The notes: a model not told the origin generated them from the letters alone. 64,000 nt of DNA from Thermoplasmata archaeon (GCA_041657955.1 JBBABA010000006.1:64566-128565), one strand, 5' to 3'; shown: positions 50,622 to 60,892, counted from the first letter of the stretch. Translations and numbers: made by a program.

Positions 50622-52034
50622 CTACCCCGGCGTCCGGTCTGTGCTTCCATTCAAATCCAAGTTACGCATCGCAATAAGCCCGATCATCAAGAATACTGCT
50701 GCACATAAAAATGCAATTTTATAATCGAACATATAAGCAACCGCACCGCCGATGAATGCGCCACATACCGAGCCTATGCCGGTTACTGCGTTATACGCAC
50801 CCAATGCCTCTCCCTCGGCAGTCTCTGGTGCAAGATGGGAGGTGGCAGTTACACCGCAAATAGTAATAATCGCCCAACAAAAAGCAGAAAGCGTGTTCAA
50901 AATTCCCACTGCCAAAATCGCCAGTTCTCTGTTAGACAAAAAGGGAACGGCCCTTCCGGTGTAGCCCATAACCAGAAAGTAACCGACAAATGCAACGACT
51001 GGAAATATCACCATTCTTGCGCCTACAGCTCCCATCTGTAACTTTTTTGTGCCGAAACGCTCAGCCAACTTTCCCGCTTTGACGTACATCATTGCGCCCA
51101 TAGCTGAATTGGCGATATATATCAGAAAAATTTCAGTGTCGGACGCTCCGAGTACCTGCTTAAGAAATATAGGGAAAGGCGCGTAAAAAATCGTAAATCC
51201 TATAAAAAATATAAGCACGGCTACAAGATATGTGACCAGCTCATGCCCGATGTGTACGCCGTGGCGTTCGCGAAGATATTTTAGGTTTCTAATCCCCGGA
51301 AGATGGTGAAGCAACGGCGGAGAATACCGCGCCCGTTCTGTCAGCGTTCTGCCTTCTTTATCCGCCTCTTCGTGGTACTTTCTCTCGGTTTTAGTTTTCG
51401 GCTCTTTTATTAATATGAGCGCGAGAATTACGGCCAAAAATGCACTTGCCGAGCAGATTAATATGAGAAATCTTAGGCTTTCCTTTGGATCGAACAATAT
51501 AGCGATATAGCCTAGCCATATTGTGCCCAGCACCAACCCCGCCACATGACCGAAGCCGTTTATCTTGTTCAAAGCACCTATTTTCTCGGGCCATACTTTC
51601 TTGTCAGATGACTCCATTACCAGTATGTTGCTTACAGGTGCGCTTGCCGCGCCTATAAAACCCAAAAACATAACAAGAAGGATGAATGCTTCTATAGTAT
51701 TTGCCCTGCTCATCAAGAAAAGAGAAACGGCTACGCCGAGAAAGCCCAGTATTATGAAAAATTTTCGGTGTTTCCACCTGTCGGAAAGCTCACCCCATAA
51801 CACATACGCAGGTATGGAAGCCAACGATGATAGCGATACTGCTGTACCAACCTGTGCGACAGTGCCGCCGAGTGTATCAGTGATAAACAAAGGTATTACT
51901 GGTGAAGTCACACCGCTTGCTGCAGCGTTTGGAAAAAACGAATATTCCCATTTATCCGATTTCTTGCCCCCATCCTCGTTCAAATAATTCACCTCAATCC
52001 TACACCCAAACCCTGAGGTGGATTTTCCATCCAA
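50622..52034 (-). CDS. MFS transporter.
   Basis: 12-TM topology with a central cytoplasmic loop. Confidence 0.65.
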   Translation of the reverse strand: MDGKSTSGFGCRIEVNYLNEDGGKKSDKWEYSFFPNAAASGVTSPVIPLFITDTLGGTVAQVGTAVSLSSLASIPAYVLWGELSDRWKHRKFFIILGFLGVAVSLFLMSRANTIEAFILLVMFLGFIGAASAPVSNILVMESSDKKVWPEKIGALNKINGFGHVAGLVLGTIWLGYIAILFDPKESLRFLILICSASAFLAVILALILIKEPKTKTERKYHEEADKEGRTLTERARYSPPLLHHLPGIRNLKYLRERHGVHIGHELVTYLVAVLIFFIGFTIFYAPFPIFLKQVLGASDTEIFLIYIANSAMGAMMYVKAGKLAERFGTKKLQMGAVGARMVIFPVVAFVGYFLVMGYTGRAVPFLSNRELAILAVGILNTLSAFCWAIITICGVTATSHLAPETAEGEALGAYNAVTGIGSVCGAFIGGAVAYMFDYKIAFLCAAVFLMIGLIAMRNLDLNGSTDRTPG

Positions 52035-52170
52035 TATTATCGTATTATCGATGTAATGTTAGTTATTATATATAATCCTTATCGGGTTGCTAGGATTGTG
52101 GTATACAACCATATTTTTGAAATATTTTTGAGTAAAAAGATTATATCATTGAACTGCTATCAATTATCTA

Positions 52171-53709
52171 ATGACTGAAACAGAGGATTGCCTGAGAAAG
52201 AACTTCAGAATAAGCGATATAGAGACCACAAAAGACGTAATCTTGCCGAAAGAACCGTTGGAAAGAGTTATTGGTCAAGATGAAGCGGTTACATTGGCAA
52301 GAGTCGCGACGATGCAGAGAAGGCATTTGCTTTTAGTCGGCCCTCCTGGAACTGGCAAGTCCATGATCGCTCAGGCAATGTCGTTTCACATCCCCAGACC
52401 AAGTGAAGAGGTTCAAATAGTTCACAACCCAGAAAATCCGGAAAGGCCTTTTGTAGAAGTGAAAAACAGAGTTGATGTAAGCAGAGAGAATGATGAGAAG
52501 GGATCCGCGGAAGGGGAGATTATCAAGCCCGAAGACACGCCGTCGAAGGTAGCGGAAGAACTTGGATACAGGTGCACCAAATGCGGAGTGTACTCTCCGC
52601 CAAATGAGAATACGTGCCCTTCCTGCGGCGTTTCCAAACTCGCGGGCATGGGAAAAATAACGCCCGGCAATCCCTTCGCAGATATAATGGGCATTGTGGA
52701 AATCACTATAAACAAAATGGCTGGCGGGAAAGAGAGAGTAACAACTACTAGAAGGAATTATGCAGGAAAAGAAGAAGTGGTCGTCTACGAACGCGCGGGG
52801 GATAAGATAAGGTTTTTAGATCAAAAAGCGCTCGAAAAGCGGAGAGCGTTCGAAAAAATCCGCCCCAGAAAAGTATTGATTAAACTAGAGAGGAATCCTT
52901 TTGTTCTTGCAACCGGTGCGAGCGAGACAGAATTATTAGGCGATGTCAGGCACGACCCCTACGGCGGGCACCCCCAACTGGGAACACTTCCCTATGATAG
53001 GGTTGTTGCGGGATGCATCCATGAAGCCCACGAAGGAGTGCTTTTTATTGATGAGATTCCTCATTTAGGAAATCTTCAAAGATATATTCTAACTGCGATG
53101 CAGGAAAAGAAGTTCCCGATATCGGGCAGAAATCCACAGAGCGCGGGTGCGAGCGTAAAAGTGGACGCTGTTCCTTGTGATTTTATTTTTGTAGGTGCAT
53201 GCAACATCCAGGATTTGCCGAGCATACTTTCGCCGCTTAGGTCCAGAATAGCTGGTGCAGGTTACGAAGTCCTGTTAGAAACGACTATGAAAGATACAGA
53301 GGAAAATCAGGCTAAATTAGCACAATTTATTGCACAAGAGATAGTGATAGACAAAAAGATTCCTCAAGCTGCAAGGGGCGCCGTAGAGGCAGTAATAAAC
53401 GTAGCAAAAAAAAGAGCGAAAGAAATCGATAATGTCGACAACGCCCTTACCTTGAGATTAAGGGAATTAGGCGGACTCGTTAGAGCGGCGGGCGACATCT
53501 GTGTTACAACTGGCGAGGATTTGATTAGGGTAATTCACGTAGAGAAGGCGGTTAAACGTGCAAAAGTCGCTGAGGAGCAGATAAAAGAAAAGTACGGCTC
53601 CTATTACAGCGGACTTGCCATGGATATCAGCCACTCGCAAAAAGAAGGCACGTCGCCGTATAATTATTGGCACAAACATATACACGACGATAAAAGAGGG
53701 TATGAATAG
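52171..53709 (+). CDS. LonB-like AAA+ ATPase lacking the S16 protease domain and membrane hairpin, with an inserted Zn ribbon.
   Basis: Walker A GPPGTGKSM. The LonB-type sensor region GVLFIDEIPHL...LTAMQEKKFPISG...VPCDFIFVGACN. A CTKCG...CPSCG insert. The ORF ends about 200 aa short of where a Lon protease domain would be. Confidence 0.6.
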   Translation: MTETEDCLRKNFRISDIETTKDVILPKEPLERVIGQDEAVTLARVATMQRRHLLLVGPPGTGKSMIAQAMSFHIPRPSEEVQIVHNPENPERPFVEVKNRVDVSRENDEKGSAEGEIIKPEDTPSKVAEELGYRCTKCGVYSPPNENTCPSCGVSKLAGMGKITPGNPFADIMGIVEITINKMAGGKERVTTTRRNYAGKEEVVVYERAGDKIRFLDQKALEKRRAFEKIRPRKVLIKLERNPFVLATGASETELLGDVRHDPYGGHPQLGTLPYDRVVAGCIHEAHEGVLFIDEIPHLGNLQRYILTAMQEKKFPISGRNPQSAGASVKVDAVPCDFIFVGACNIQDLPSILSPLRSRIAGAGYEVLLETTMKDTEENQAKLAQFIAQEIVIDKKIPQAARGAVEAVINVAKKRAKEIDNVDNALTLRLRELGGLVRAAGDICVTTGEDLIRVIHVEKAVKRAKVAEEQIKEKYGSYYSGLAMDISHSQKEGTSPYNYWHKHIHDDKRGYE

Positions 53710-53839
53710 GTTGGGATGTGTTTATTATGCAACAAACCATCCTAATTCAAACAATACTCAACGTTATCCTCTAAGATGCAGAAGATAGAAAGATTTATAT
53801 GATATCAAAAAGATATCTATTTGGTGAAATGGTGATATA

Positions 53840-54085
53840 ATGACAGAAACGCAAGTCATACTTAGAATAGAAAAAGGCATCCTAGAAGAGCTCGATAGGT
53901 ATCTTCCGACCTATGGTTTCAAAACGAGAAACGAGTGGTTCAGAACCAAAGTACGAGAATTTATCGAGGAGTCGAAAAAACGGAGAATGCTTGAAAAACT
54001 CGATAAGCTTACGGTGGACGACATAACCGAAGAAGAGATAGCCCAGATGGTCAGGGACTGGCGTAAGCGAAAGGCGAAATATTGA
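53840..54085 (+). CDS. Ribbon-helix-helix antitoxin (VapB/CopG-like).
   Basis: 81 aa. An N-terminal beta-strand then helices. 4-nt overlap with the PIN gene. Confidence 0.55.
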   Translation: MTETQVILRIEKGILEELDRYLPTYGFKTRNEWFRTKVREFIEESKKRRMLEKLDKLTVDDITEEEIAQMVRDWRKRKAKY

Positions 54086-54507
54086 CTGTAATCGTCGATA
54101 CGAACGTGGTAATAGCCGCCCTGATTAAAGACGGCGTTGTACGAAGGATACTTGTCGGGAACCCAGGTGCATGGGTAATGCCAGACACATGCTTCGAGGA
54201 AATATGGCGGCATAGGGGCCGATGGAATAGACATAATGTTGGAGATAACGAATTAAAAACGATATTAGATGAATTTGTCGAGGATTATGTTTTCCTGTTG
54301 TCGTCCGAAGTTTACAATGAGAAAATGAGCGCCGCCGAGAAATTATCGATCGACCAGGATGATGCGCCAGTGATCGCCCTCGCATTGTCTGTTGAGAATG
54401 AAGGCATCTGGACATTTAACACAAAGCATTTCAAGAATGTTCAGTCTGCTGGTATAAACTTACTTACCACTGAGGAAATCGCAAAGACGTATAAACCAAT
54501 GAAGTAG
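54082..54507 (+). CDS. PIN-domain toxin (VapC-like).
   Basis: TVIVDTNVVIAAL N-terminus. TTG start overlapping the upstream stop. Confidence 0.7.
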   Translation: MTVIVDTNVVIAALIKDGVVRRILVGNPGAWVMPDTCFEEIWRHRGRWNRHNVGDNELKTILDEFVEDYVFLLSSEVYNEKMSAAEKLSIDQDDAPVIALALSVENEGIWTFNTKHFKNVQSAGINLLTTEEIAKTYKPMK

Positions 54508-54520
54508 TGCAGAGAGGCAA

Positions 54521-55204
54521 ATGATGAACTGCCAGCAAATATTACTCTACGAACAAACAGAAAAACCCAAAATTTTCATCCCCTGCCCGACCGAGCACCC
54601 GACAATCGCCCACCCAACCGAAACCGACTACAGGGGGGCGATGTTCAACGAAATTTTATTTGATTATTTTTCAGAATATAAAAACAAGATAACAATAAAC
54701 CCGATTTTTAACGACATAATAAATCAGAGCCAAATCGAAGCCCAGTTCAACCCCTACTCGGTCGAGAACATCCCGCCGAGGATCGAAAACGTAAACATAC
54801 ACTACACCCACCTAAAGGTGGGTGCGCTTCCAAATCTATGGAATTCCAGCGATATAGACAAGAATTCCATACGATCGTACAAAATTCCACCAATGAATTT
54901 TGTAGATTTCACTTATGAGGCGGTTGTTCCCGTGAAATTTGTAAACAGCGACGTAAAGTACAGCTGGGAAGAGATCCATGTCTCCATGGACGTAGTAAGC
55001 AGTATATGGAGCTTATTCAACTGGATCGTAAAGACAATAACACAGGTAGTCACGCAGAAGGTGGAGATCGTAGAGCACTGCTGGGCTGTCGTAAGCTGCG
55101 ACGTCTACGACGTCAGCAAGATAAGCTACGTGCAGATCAGGGTCATAGACACTGACAAGTCGAAGACGTTCTACCCGCAGGCAACGCAGGCACACTTATT
55201 CTAA
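54521..55204 (+). CDS. Hypothetical protein (227 aa).
   Basis: ORF only. Confidence 0.4.
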   Translation: MMNCQQILLYEQTEKPKIFIPCPTEHPTIAHPTETDYRGAMFNEILFDYFSEYKNKITINPIFNDIINQSQIEAQFNPYSVENIPPRIENVNIHYTHLKVGALPNLWNSSDIDKNSIRSYKIPPMNFVDFTYEAVVPVKFVNSDVKYSWEEIHVSMDVVSSIWSLFNWIVKTITQVVTQKVEIVEHCWAVVSCDVYDVSKISYVQIRVIDTDKSKTFYPQATQAHLF

Positions 55205-55239
55205 CAATCTTTTAATATCGCAAATCCATACACTTTTCG

Positions 55240-56529
55240 GTGCAAATTATGAATGAAGAAATCAAATCGGTAATCGGCCTTGTAGACCAACACCACGCAT
55301 GGTTTGAAAACTCGCTTTGTATGATAGCGTCCGAGAATCTGATAAGCCCGTTGGCAAGGGAAATGCTTGTCAGCGATTTCGGAGACAGGTATGCGGAAGG
55401 CTTGCCAGGCAAGAGATATTACAATGGATTGGTCTATTTCGACCAGGTGGAAACCAAGTGCATGGAACTTGCAAGAAAGGTGTTTGACGCAAAATATGCA
55501 GATGTCAGGCCGACGTCCGCAACCGTAGCAAATATAGGCGTTCTTTTTGCCCTTACAAAACCGGGAGACATAATATCAGTCCCAAACCTGGCAGACGGGG
55601 CGCACATCAGCACCGCAAAATTCGGTGCAGTCGGCGTGAGAGGGCTGAATCCGGTCACATATCCTTTTGATATAAAAAACATGAACATAGACATTGACGC
55701 CACGATAAAGGTGCTCAAGGCCGCAAGGCCTAAGGTCTGCCTTTTCGGCATGTCAGTATTTCTTTTCCCGACGCCCATCAAAGAGCTGATGCCTACAATA
55801 CAAGAAATAGGTGCGAAAACGTGGTATGACGGGGCTCATGTCCTGGGCCTTATTGCAGGCGGGGAATTCCAGGATCCACTGCGGGAAGGCATAGACGTTC
55901 TGACAGGCAGCACCCACAAGACACTGCCAGGACCTCAGCATGGAATTGTAGTAAGCAATGTGGGAGATGAAGAATTCCAGAAGAAACTCGCATCGGGAAT
56001 TTTCCCGGGCGTTGTGAGCAATCATCATCTTCACTGTGTGGCCTCGCTTGCAATTACTCTGGCGGAAACTTTGGAGTTCGGAAAAGTGTATGCAAAACAG
56101 GTAATAAAGAATGCCCAGGCACTCGGACAGGCGATGTACGAAGAAGGGCTGGACGTGCTCTGCCCGCACCTCGGATTTACGAAATCTCACGCGCTAGCCG
56201 TAAACGTCTCGAAGCACGGCGGAGGCAAGCTTGTATCTGACAATTTAGAAAGGGCAAACATCATCGCCAACAAGAATATGCTGCACGGAGACACAAAACC
56301 GATGACGCCAAGCGGCATAAGACTTGGCACGCAAGAATTGACAAGGATAGGCTTGAAAGAAAAGGACATGAAGGACGTTGCAAAACTATTGAAAAAGGTA
56401 ATCATAGATCAAAAAGACCCTAACGTGGTAAAGAAAGAAGTCACAGAGTTTAGAAAAGGGTTCAAAAAAATACATTACTGTTTCGACAAGGGCGTCGATC
56501 CTTACAAGAGATTTAAGCTGGTGCAGTAA
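55240..56529 (+). CDS. glyA: Serine hydroxymethyltransferase.
   Basis: The PLP-lysine region TGSTHKTLPGPQ and an SHMT-type N-terminus. Confidence 0.85.
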   Translation: MQIMNEEIKSVIGLVDQHHAWFENSLCMIASENLISPLAREMLVSDFGDRYAEGLPGKRYYNGLVYFDQVETKCMELARKVFDAKYADVRPTSATVANIGVLFALTKPGDIISVPNLADGAHISTAKFGAVGVRGLNPVTYPFDIKNMNIDIDATIKVLKAARPKVCLFGMSVFLFPTPIKELMPTIQEIGAKTWYDGAHVLGLIAGGEFQDPLREGIDVLTGSTHKTLPGPQHGIVVSNVGDEEFQKKLASGIFPGVVSNHHLHCVASLAITLAETLEFGKVYAKQVIKNAQALGQAMYEEGLDVLCPHLGFTKSHALAVNVSKHGGGKLVSDNLERANIIANKNMLHGDTKPMTPSGIRLGTQELTRIGLKEKDMKDVAKLLKKVIIDQKDPNVVKKEVTEFRKGFKKIHYCFDKGVDPYKRFKLVQ

Positions 56530-56656
56530 GGCTTGATGCGGCCTACTGGTTTCATGTTGTTTTAGGCGCATGTTCAACGGTAGTCGGGCCCTGCCCGACC
56601 CCAATATTTATAGATATAGAAATCATATCTCCTTTATTCATATGGAGGATTTGACA

Positions 56657-56845
56657 ATGGCGACTAAAGATGTAAAAAACATTATGAATGAGAAGAGCCT
56701 CGAGTTGAAGAACTGGTTCAAGGACATAAGCGCTGTGCTGGAACAGTGGAAGTTTTCCGTCGAAGAGACGAAAGAAGGCACACGTGTGGAGCTGCATGCA
56801 GTGGCCCTTATCAAGCATCCCAAGGAAGGGCAAAAAAGAAAATAA
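56657..56845 (+). CDS. Small protein (62 aa), paralogue of the 58621..58818 product.
   Basis: GGAGG SD 9 nt upstream. Shares the W-K-F-S-[VI]-E-E ... G-T-R core with the other copy. Confidence 0.45.
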   Translation: MATKDVKNIMNEKSLELKNWFKDISAVLEQWKFSVEETKEGTRVELHAVALIKHPKEGQKRK

Positions 56846-56883
56846 GTAACCGCACTCTCCTTTTTCGGAACTGTGTTTTTCAA

Positions 56884-57723
56884 TCAACTTCTCAAGAGAT
56901 GCAACAACTTGTTCTTCGTTTGGTCGGTGAAGCGAATATCCGGACGCCTCTGGACCAGTTTGACATAATCCGCGGCGGCCCGGAGGTGCTGACGAGAGTA
57001 GTGTTTCCTGGCTATCTTCACTATCTCTTCGACTGGCAGGCACTCAAGGAAAGAGCATATCAGACAGGCAATATCATAGGCCTGTTTCTTGGCTGCAGGC
57101 ACACCCTCGCGGAAGCGACCGACGTCGAGGATGTAGATGTTTTTCCCCACCATTATGTTGTCGGGTTTTAGGTCACCATGGAAAATCTTCATTCTGTGCA
57201 TCTTCTTCAGATAACGGAAAACCATGTCGATCTGCCTCGGGTCGACCTCCTTGAATGCAGAAACTGGCTTCACATCGAGGAATTCAGCCACGAGAAGCCA
57301 CAGTATGCCGTGTATCCAATGATAACCATGGGGCTTGGCTGTCGGTATTCCGCTGTTATAGATAGCCTGCAACATCTCGTACTGTTCCCTCGCCATGTCC
57401 TCTGCAGTCTCGGAGTTCCCGAATATAGGGTCCTGCGCGTTCATTCGCAGATAGACGTTCTTGAAGAACTGCATAGAACGGGCAGAAAATATGTCGCTGC
57501 CACCAAGTATTTTGCCGAAGTAGTGAACCTTCTCGCCTTTTTCATTTAGGCCAGTAATTTTTATCGGAATAGAAAGTCGGGAAGTGTTCGAGCTGATGGG
57601 GCGGATGGAGACTTCCTTCATGCCGTAATTTTCGGCCATTATCCGGCGGATATTCTGTAAAACTTCGCGAAAGAAGGTGCGGTAAGTCTCGTCGTGATTT
57701 GTCTCAGTCATTTTAGCTGTCAT
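56884..57723 (-). CDS. Small ePK-like protein kinase (Bud32/RIO/Kdo-kinase-like size).
   Basis: Catalytic loop HGDLKPDNIMV, a DFG-equivalent ILDVG, and N-lobe beta-strands with Lys. Confidence 0.6.
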   Translation of the reverse strand: MTAKMTETNHDETYRTFFREVLQNIRRIMAENYGMKEVSIRPISSNTSRLSIPIKITGLNEKGEKVHYFGKILGGSDIFSARSMQFFKNVYLRMNAQDPIFGNSETAEDMAREQYEMLQAIYNSGIPTAKPHGYHWIHGILWLLVAEFLDVKPVSAFKEVDPRQIDMVFRYLKKMHRMKIFHGDLKPDNIMVGKNIYILDVGRFREGVPAAKKQAYDIACLICSFLECLPVEEIVKIARKHYSRQHLRAAADYVKLVQRRPDIRFTDQTKNKLLHLLRS

Positions 57724-57734
57724 CGGTTATCTAC

Positions 57735-58610
57735 CTACACCTTTCCTTTCGTTTGTTCAGCCTTTGTATGCAGCTCACGAGCTTTCGCTTGAGCATTTCT
57801 CTTCTTCCGACCCACCCACCACATCGCCAGCAGGAGGCAGAACATGCGATAATAGTAAATCTTGATGCGGTGCTTTACTCCACGTCCGTATTCAAGCACG
57901 GGTTTGCCCTTGTAGGCGAAGATGAAACGCCAGACAGCCAGCTCCGGCACCTCGAACAGGAACTCGTTGGTATTCAGAAGGACATCTTTATCATTCACTA
58001 CAATATCCATATCTATGAAGCCTTCACGTTTCAATGGCACTCGGACGCCGCGGCCGAAGATGACGCGGAATATGGCGAGAGCCAACACTTCGACAGTAGC
58101 GACATCAATGACGCGTTCGATGTGCGGCTGTCGCGCCTGCGAGTCTGCCACTTTGTTCGTGTCCGGCGCGCTATTCTCTTCATCTTTACTGTCATCCTTT
58201 CCACTATCCTTCCCGCTCTCCCTTTCGGCCGCATTTTCGGCTGCCTTCTCCGTTGTTTTATCCGCGATTTCCCCCGCACGAGACATGTTATCGTCCGGCT
58301 CCTGCGATCTCTCCACATAGGGTGCGCCCTCTTTGTGGTACTCGCTGCGCATTTTACTTTTGCCTTTGGCCTTCCAATATTGTTCAAAAGAATCTAAATC
58401 GGACTCGCTACCAACCGCGTTCTCGAGAAGGCCGTCCTTATGATATTCCCCAATGACCTTTCGTCCGGCCGGTTCCTTCCATTCCTCAGGATTTAGGAGG
58501 ATACGTGCATCCTTGCCGGCCCCGGTCGGGGTGCTTTCACGTTTCCGCGTCTCATCGGGCTTCTCGCCATCAGGTTTCTTCGTATTATCAGACAATTTGT
58601 CAGGGTTCAA
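57735..58610 (-). CDS. Hypothetical protein with a long acidic, disordered N-terminal half.
   Basis: D/E/K/S-rich low complexity, then a structured C-terminal region. 11-nt gap to the kinase gene. Confidence 0.45.
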   Translation of the reverse strand: MNPDKLSDNTKKPDGEKPDETRKRESTPTGAGKDARILLNPEEWKEPAGRKVIGEYHKDGLLENAVGSESDLDSFEQYWKAKGKSKMRSEYHKEGAPYVERSQEPDDNMSRAGEIADKTTEKAAENAAERESGKDSGKDDSKDEENSAPDTNKVADSQARQPHIERVIDVATVEVLALAIFRVIFGRGVRVPLKREGFIDMDIVVNDKDVLLNTNEFLFEVPELAVWRFIFAYKGKPVLEYGRGVKHRIKIYYYRMFCLLLAMWWVGRKKRNAQAKARELHTKAEQTKGKV

Positions 58611-58620
58611 GCAGGACCAC

Positions 58621-58818
58621 CTATTTTTTTATAAGTATCTGGAATCGGGCGAAGATGCGCGTGCCATCACGGAATTCTTCTATTGAGAATTTCCAGTCCT
58701 CAATCTCAGCGTTGAGGTTTTCGAAGAACTTGTCTATCTCCTCCACTATCTTCTCCACATTTTCCTTATTCCCCCCGACGAGTTGGAGGACTGAACTTAT
58801 CCTCTCTTTCTTGCCCAT
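58621..58818 (-). CDS. Small protein (65 aa), paralogue of the 56657..56845 product.
   Basis: GGAGGGG SD upstream of the internal ATG. 10-nt gap to the downstream acidic-protein gene. Confidence 0.45.
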   Translation of the reverse strand: MGKKERISSVLQLVGGNKENVEKIVEEIDKFFENLNAEIEDWKFSIEEFRDGTRIFARFQILIKK

Positions 58819-59115
58819 TCTAAACCCCTCCGAATAAACACACATTATCTATCGCACAATACATTTCGTTCGAATGGTTCCTATTTAGCTCATTCGCTAT
58901 CATAGCATTTCAATTTAGCAATGAGACACTTATAGATATATATTTTTATTCTCAGTTCGATCTCTAAATTGAACCGATACAATATTAATAATTTGAAATA
59001 AAAAAAATAGAGTGGCGAGAGAAAAAATATTCTACTTGTGATGTTGCAAATCGCCATCCGTTTTAAATTGATATCCGTTTAAACTGGTATTCTTTTTGAT
59101 CGCTGCGTTTATCGT

Positions 59116-59331
59116 TTACCCGCCGATTCTGAAAACATTTGTGCCGCATTTCGGGCATGTGCCTTTCGTAGCGATTCTTTTGTTCAACATTTTTATTTTC
59201 TTCGGGTTTTTGATCGTTATTTTCTTTCTGCACTTCACACAATACGCTGTGTCCTTTCCACTAGACGGTTTCTTTGCAACTGCTTTCTTTGCAACCGTCT
59301 TCTTCTTAGCTGCCTTCTTTGCTTTTGCCAA
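59116..59331 (-). CDS. Lysine-rich small zinc-ribbon protein (about 71 aa).
   Basis: AKAKKAAKKKTVAKK...CVKCRKK...CPKCG. AGGTGA SD 5 nt before a TTG start. The tracker's longer N-terminus is hydrophobic and AT-driven. Confidence 0.5.
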   Translation of the reverse strand: MAKAKKAAKKKTVAKKAVAKKPSSGKDTAYCVKCRKKITIKNPKKIKMLNKRIATKGTCPKCGTNVFRIGG

Positions 59332-59452
59332 AATAATCACCTGAATCGGGATATTGTTATGCGTATATATAGCTATTCGTTCTAGAATGACGATGCGAAA
59401 TGACAAAAGTGTTGATTCGCATAAATGAGGTTCAAATGTTTATGTAGATAAT

Positions 59453-60754
59453 TTACGGATAATATCGTCTCATCGTCCTCGGGAACGGCACGACATGTTT
59501 TATGTGCTCCGCACCTGCGATCCAGGCAACAGTCCTGTCGAGGCCAAGTCCGAAACCCGAGTGCGGGACTGTTCCGTATTTTCTCAGGTCGACATACCAT
59601 GCATAGTCAGCCTCGTTCATGTTCTCCTCTTTCATGCGCTGCAGTAATATGTCTAATTCATAGATGCGCTCTCCCCCGCCTATGATTTCTCCGTAGCCCT
59701 CGGGCGCCAGCAGGTCGTGGTTTAAAACAACTTTTGGGTTAGATGGATCAGGCCTGTGATAGAACGCTTTTGTCTCTTTTGGATAATGCGTAATAAATAC
59801 TGGTTTGTCGAAATCCTTTGTTATTGCTTTTTCCTCTTCGTACCCGAAATCTGCACCCCATGACAAATTCAGGCCGTTCTTGTTCCCGATTTCGAGTGCT
59901 CTTTCATATGTTATCTTTGGGAACGGGGCTTTTATTTGTTCTAATTTTTTTATGTCCCTTTTTAGTAAATCCAGCTCATTTTTATTTCTCTCAAGCACAG
60001 ACCGGCATATGAACTCTATCATCTTTTCCTCTTCATTCATCATGTCTTCGTTATGAAACCATGCAGTCTCTCCTTCCGCGTGCCAGAATTCTGTCAAATG
60101 CCGCCTCGTTCTTGATTCTTCAGCCCGAAAACTTGGGGCGATAGTATATACCTTCTCAAGGCTTGTCATCACTGCCTCTAAATACATTTGGGAGCTTTGG
60201 GTAAGATTAAGTACTGTTTTCTCGAAATACGGTACTTTGAACAATGTTGCCCCGCCTTCGCACGCGCCGCTCACGAACATTGGCCCCTGGGTTTCATAAT
60301 AGCCCTGGCCGTTCAGATATTCTCTAAATGCATTGAATACAGTAGAACGGATTTTTAGGTATGCGGTCGTTTCCCTGCTTCTCAACCATAAATGCCTTAC
60401 GTCAGAAAGAAACTCGTCGCTCTGGTCTTTGGTTATCGGGAATACGTCTGATTTTCCTACAACATTAACGTCGTTTGCCTGGACTTCGTACCCGCCTGGC
60501 GCCCTGCTGTCTTTTTTCACAAGCCCTTTTATTTCCATAGAGGATTCGATTAAGGCGTTCTTGGCATGAGTGAATTTTTCATCACCCACGGACTCCCTTG
60601 ATATGGGCACCTGTATTATGCCCGCAGAATCCCGCAGAACCATGAAAACTATCTTTCCACTGCTCCTTGTTCTGTAAATCCAGCCCCGCAGTTTTACTTC
60701 CTTTCCCTCGCTGATCTTGCCGTCCAGTATGTCTGAGATTTTTGTGAATGTCAT
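59453..60754 (-). CDS. Class IIb aminoacyl-tRNA synthetase (AsnRS/AspRS type, archaeal), probably asparaginyl-tRNA synthetase.
   Basis: N-terminal OB anticodon-binding domain. Class II motifs (FRAEESRTRRHLTEFW, GLGLDR). HLTEFW resembles AsnRS more than AspRS. Confidence 0.75.
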   Translation of the reverse strand: MTFTKISDILDGKISEGKEVKLRGWIYRTRSSGKIVFMVLRDSAGIIQVPISRESVGDEKFTHAKNALIESSMEIKGLVKKDSRAPGGYEVQANDVNVVGKSDVFPITKDQSDEFLSDVRHLWLRSRETTAYLKIRSTVFNAFREYLNGQGYYETQGPMFVSGACEGGATLFKVPYFEKTVLNLTQSSQMYLEAVMTSLEKVYTIAPSFRAEESRTRRHLTEFWHAEGETAWFHNEDMMNEEEKMIEFICRSVLERNKNELDLLKRDIKKLEQIKAPFPKITYERALEIGNKNGLNLSWGADFGYEEEKAITKDFDKPVFITHYPKETKAFYHRPDPSNPKVVLNHDLLAPEGYGEIIGGGERIYELDILLQRMKEENMNEADYAWYVDLRKYGTVPHSGFGLGLDRTVAWIAGAEHIKHVVPFPRTMRRYYP

Positions 60755-60892
60755 CACTATCACCAAGCACAATAGACCGTATTATAAATAAGATTTTGTG
60801 TTTATGCTGCTTGTTGTGTTATTCGCGTAACACGTCGCATATCGAAAACGAAAGCGGCGGCAAATACAAAAAAAGTTTCGAATTCCATAACG

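Noticed and set aside
53709-53840. A possible frameshifted Lon protease-domain remnant downstream of the LonB-like ATPase.
   Set aside because: Only a 130-bp AT-rich spacer before vapB. No S16-like coding potential is visible by eye.
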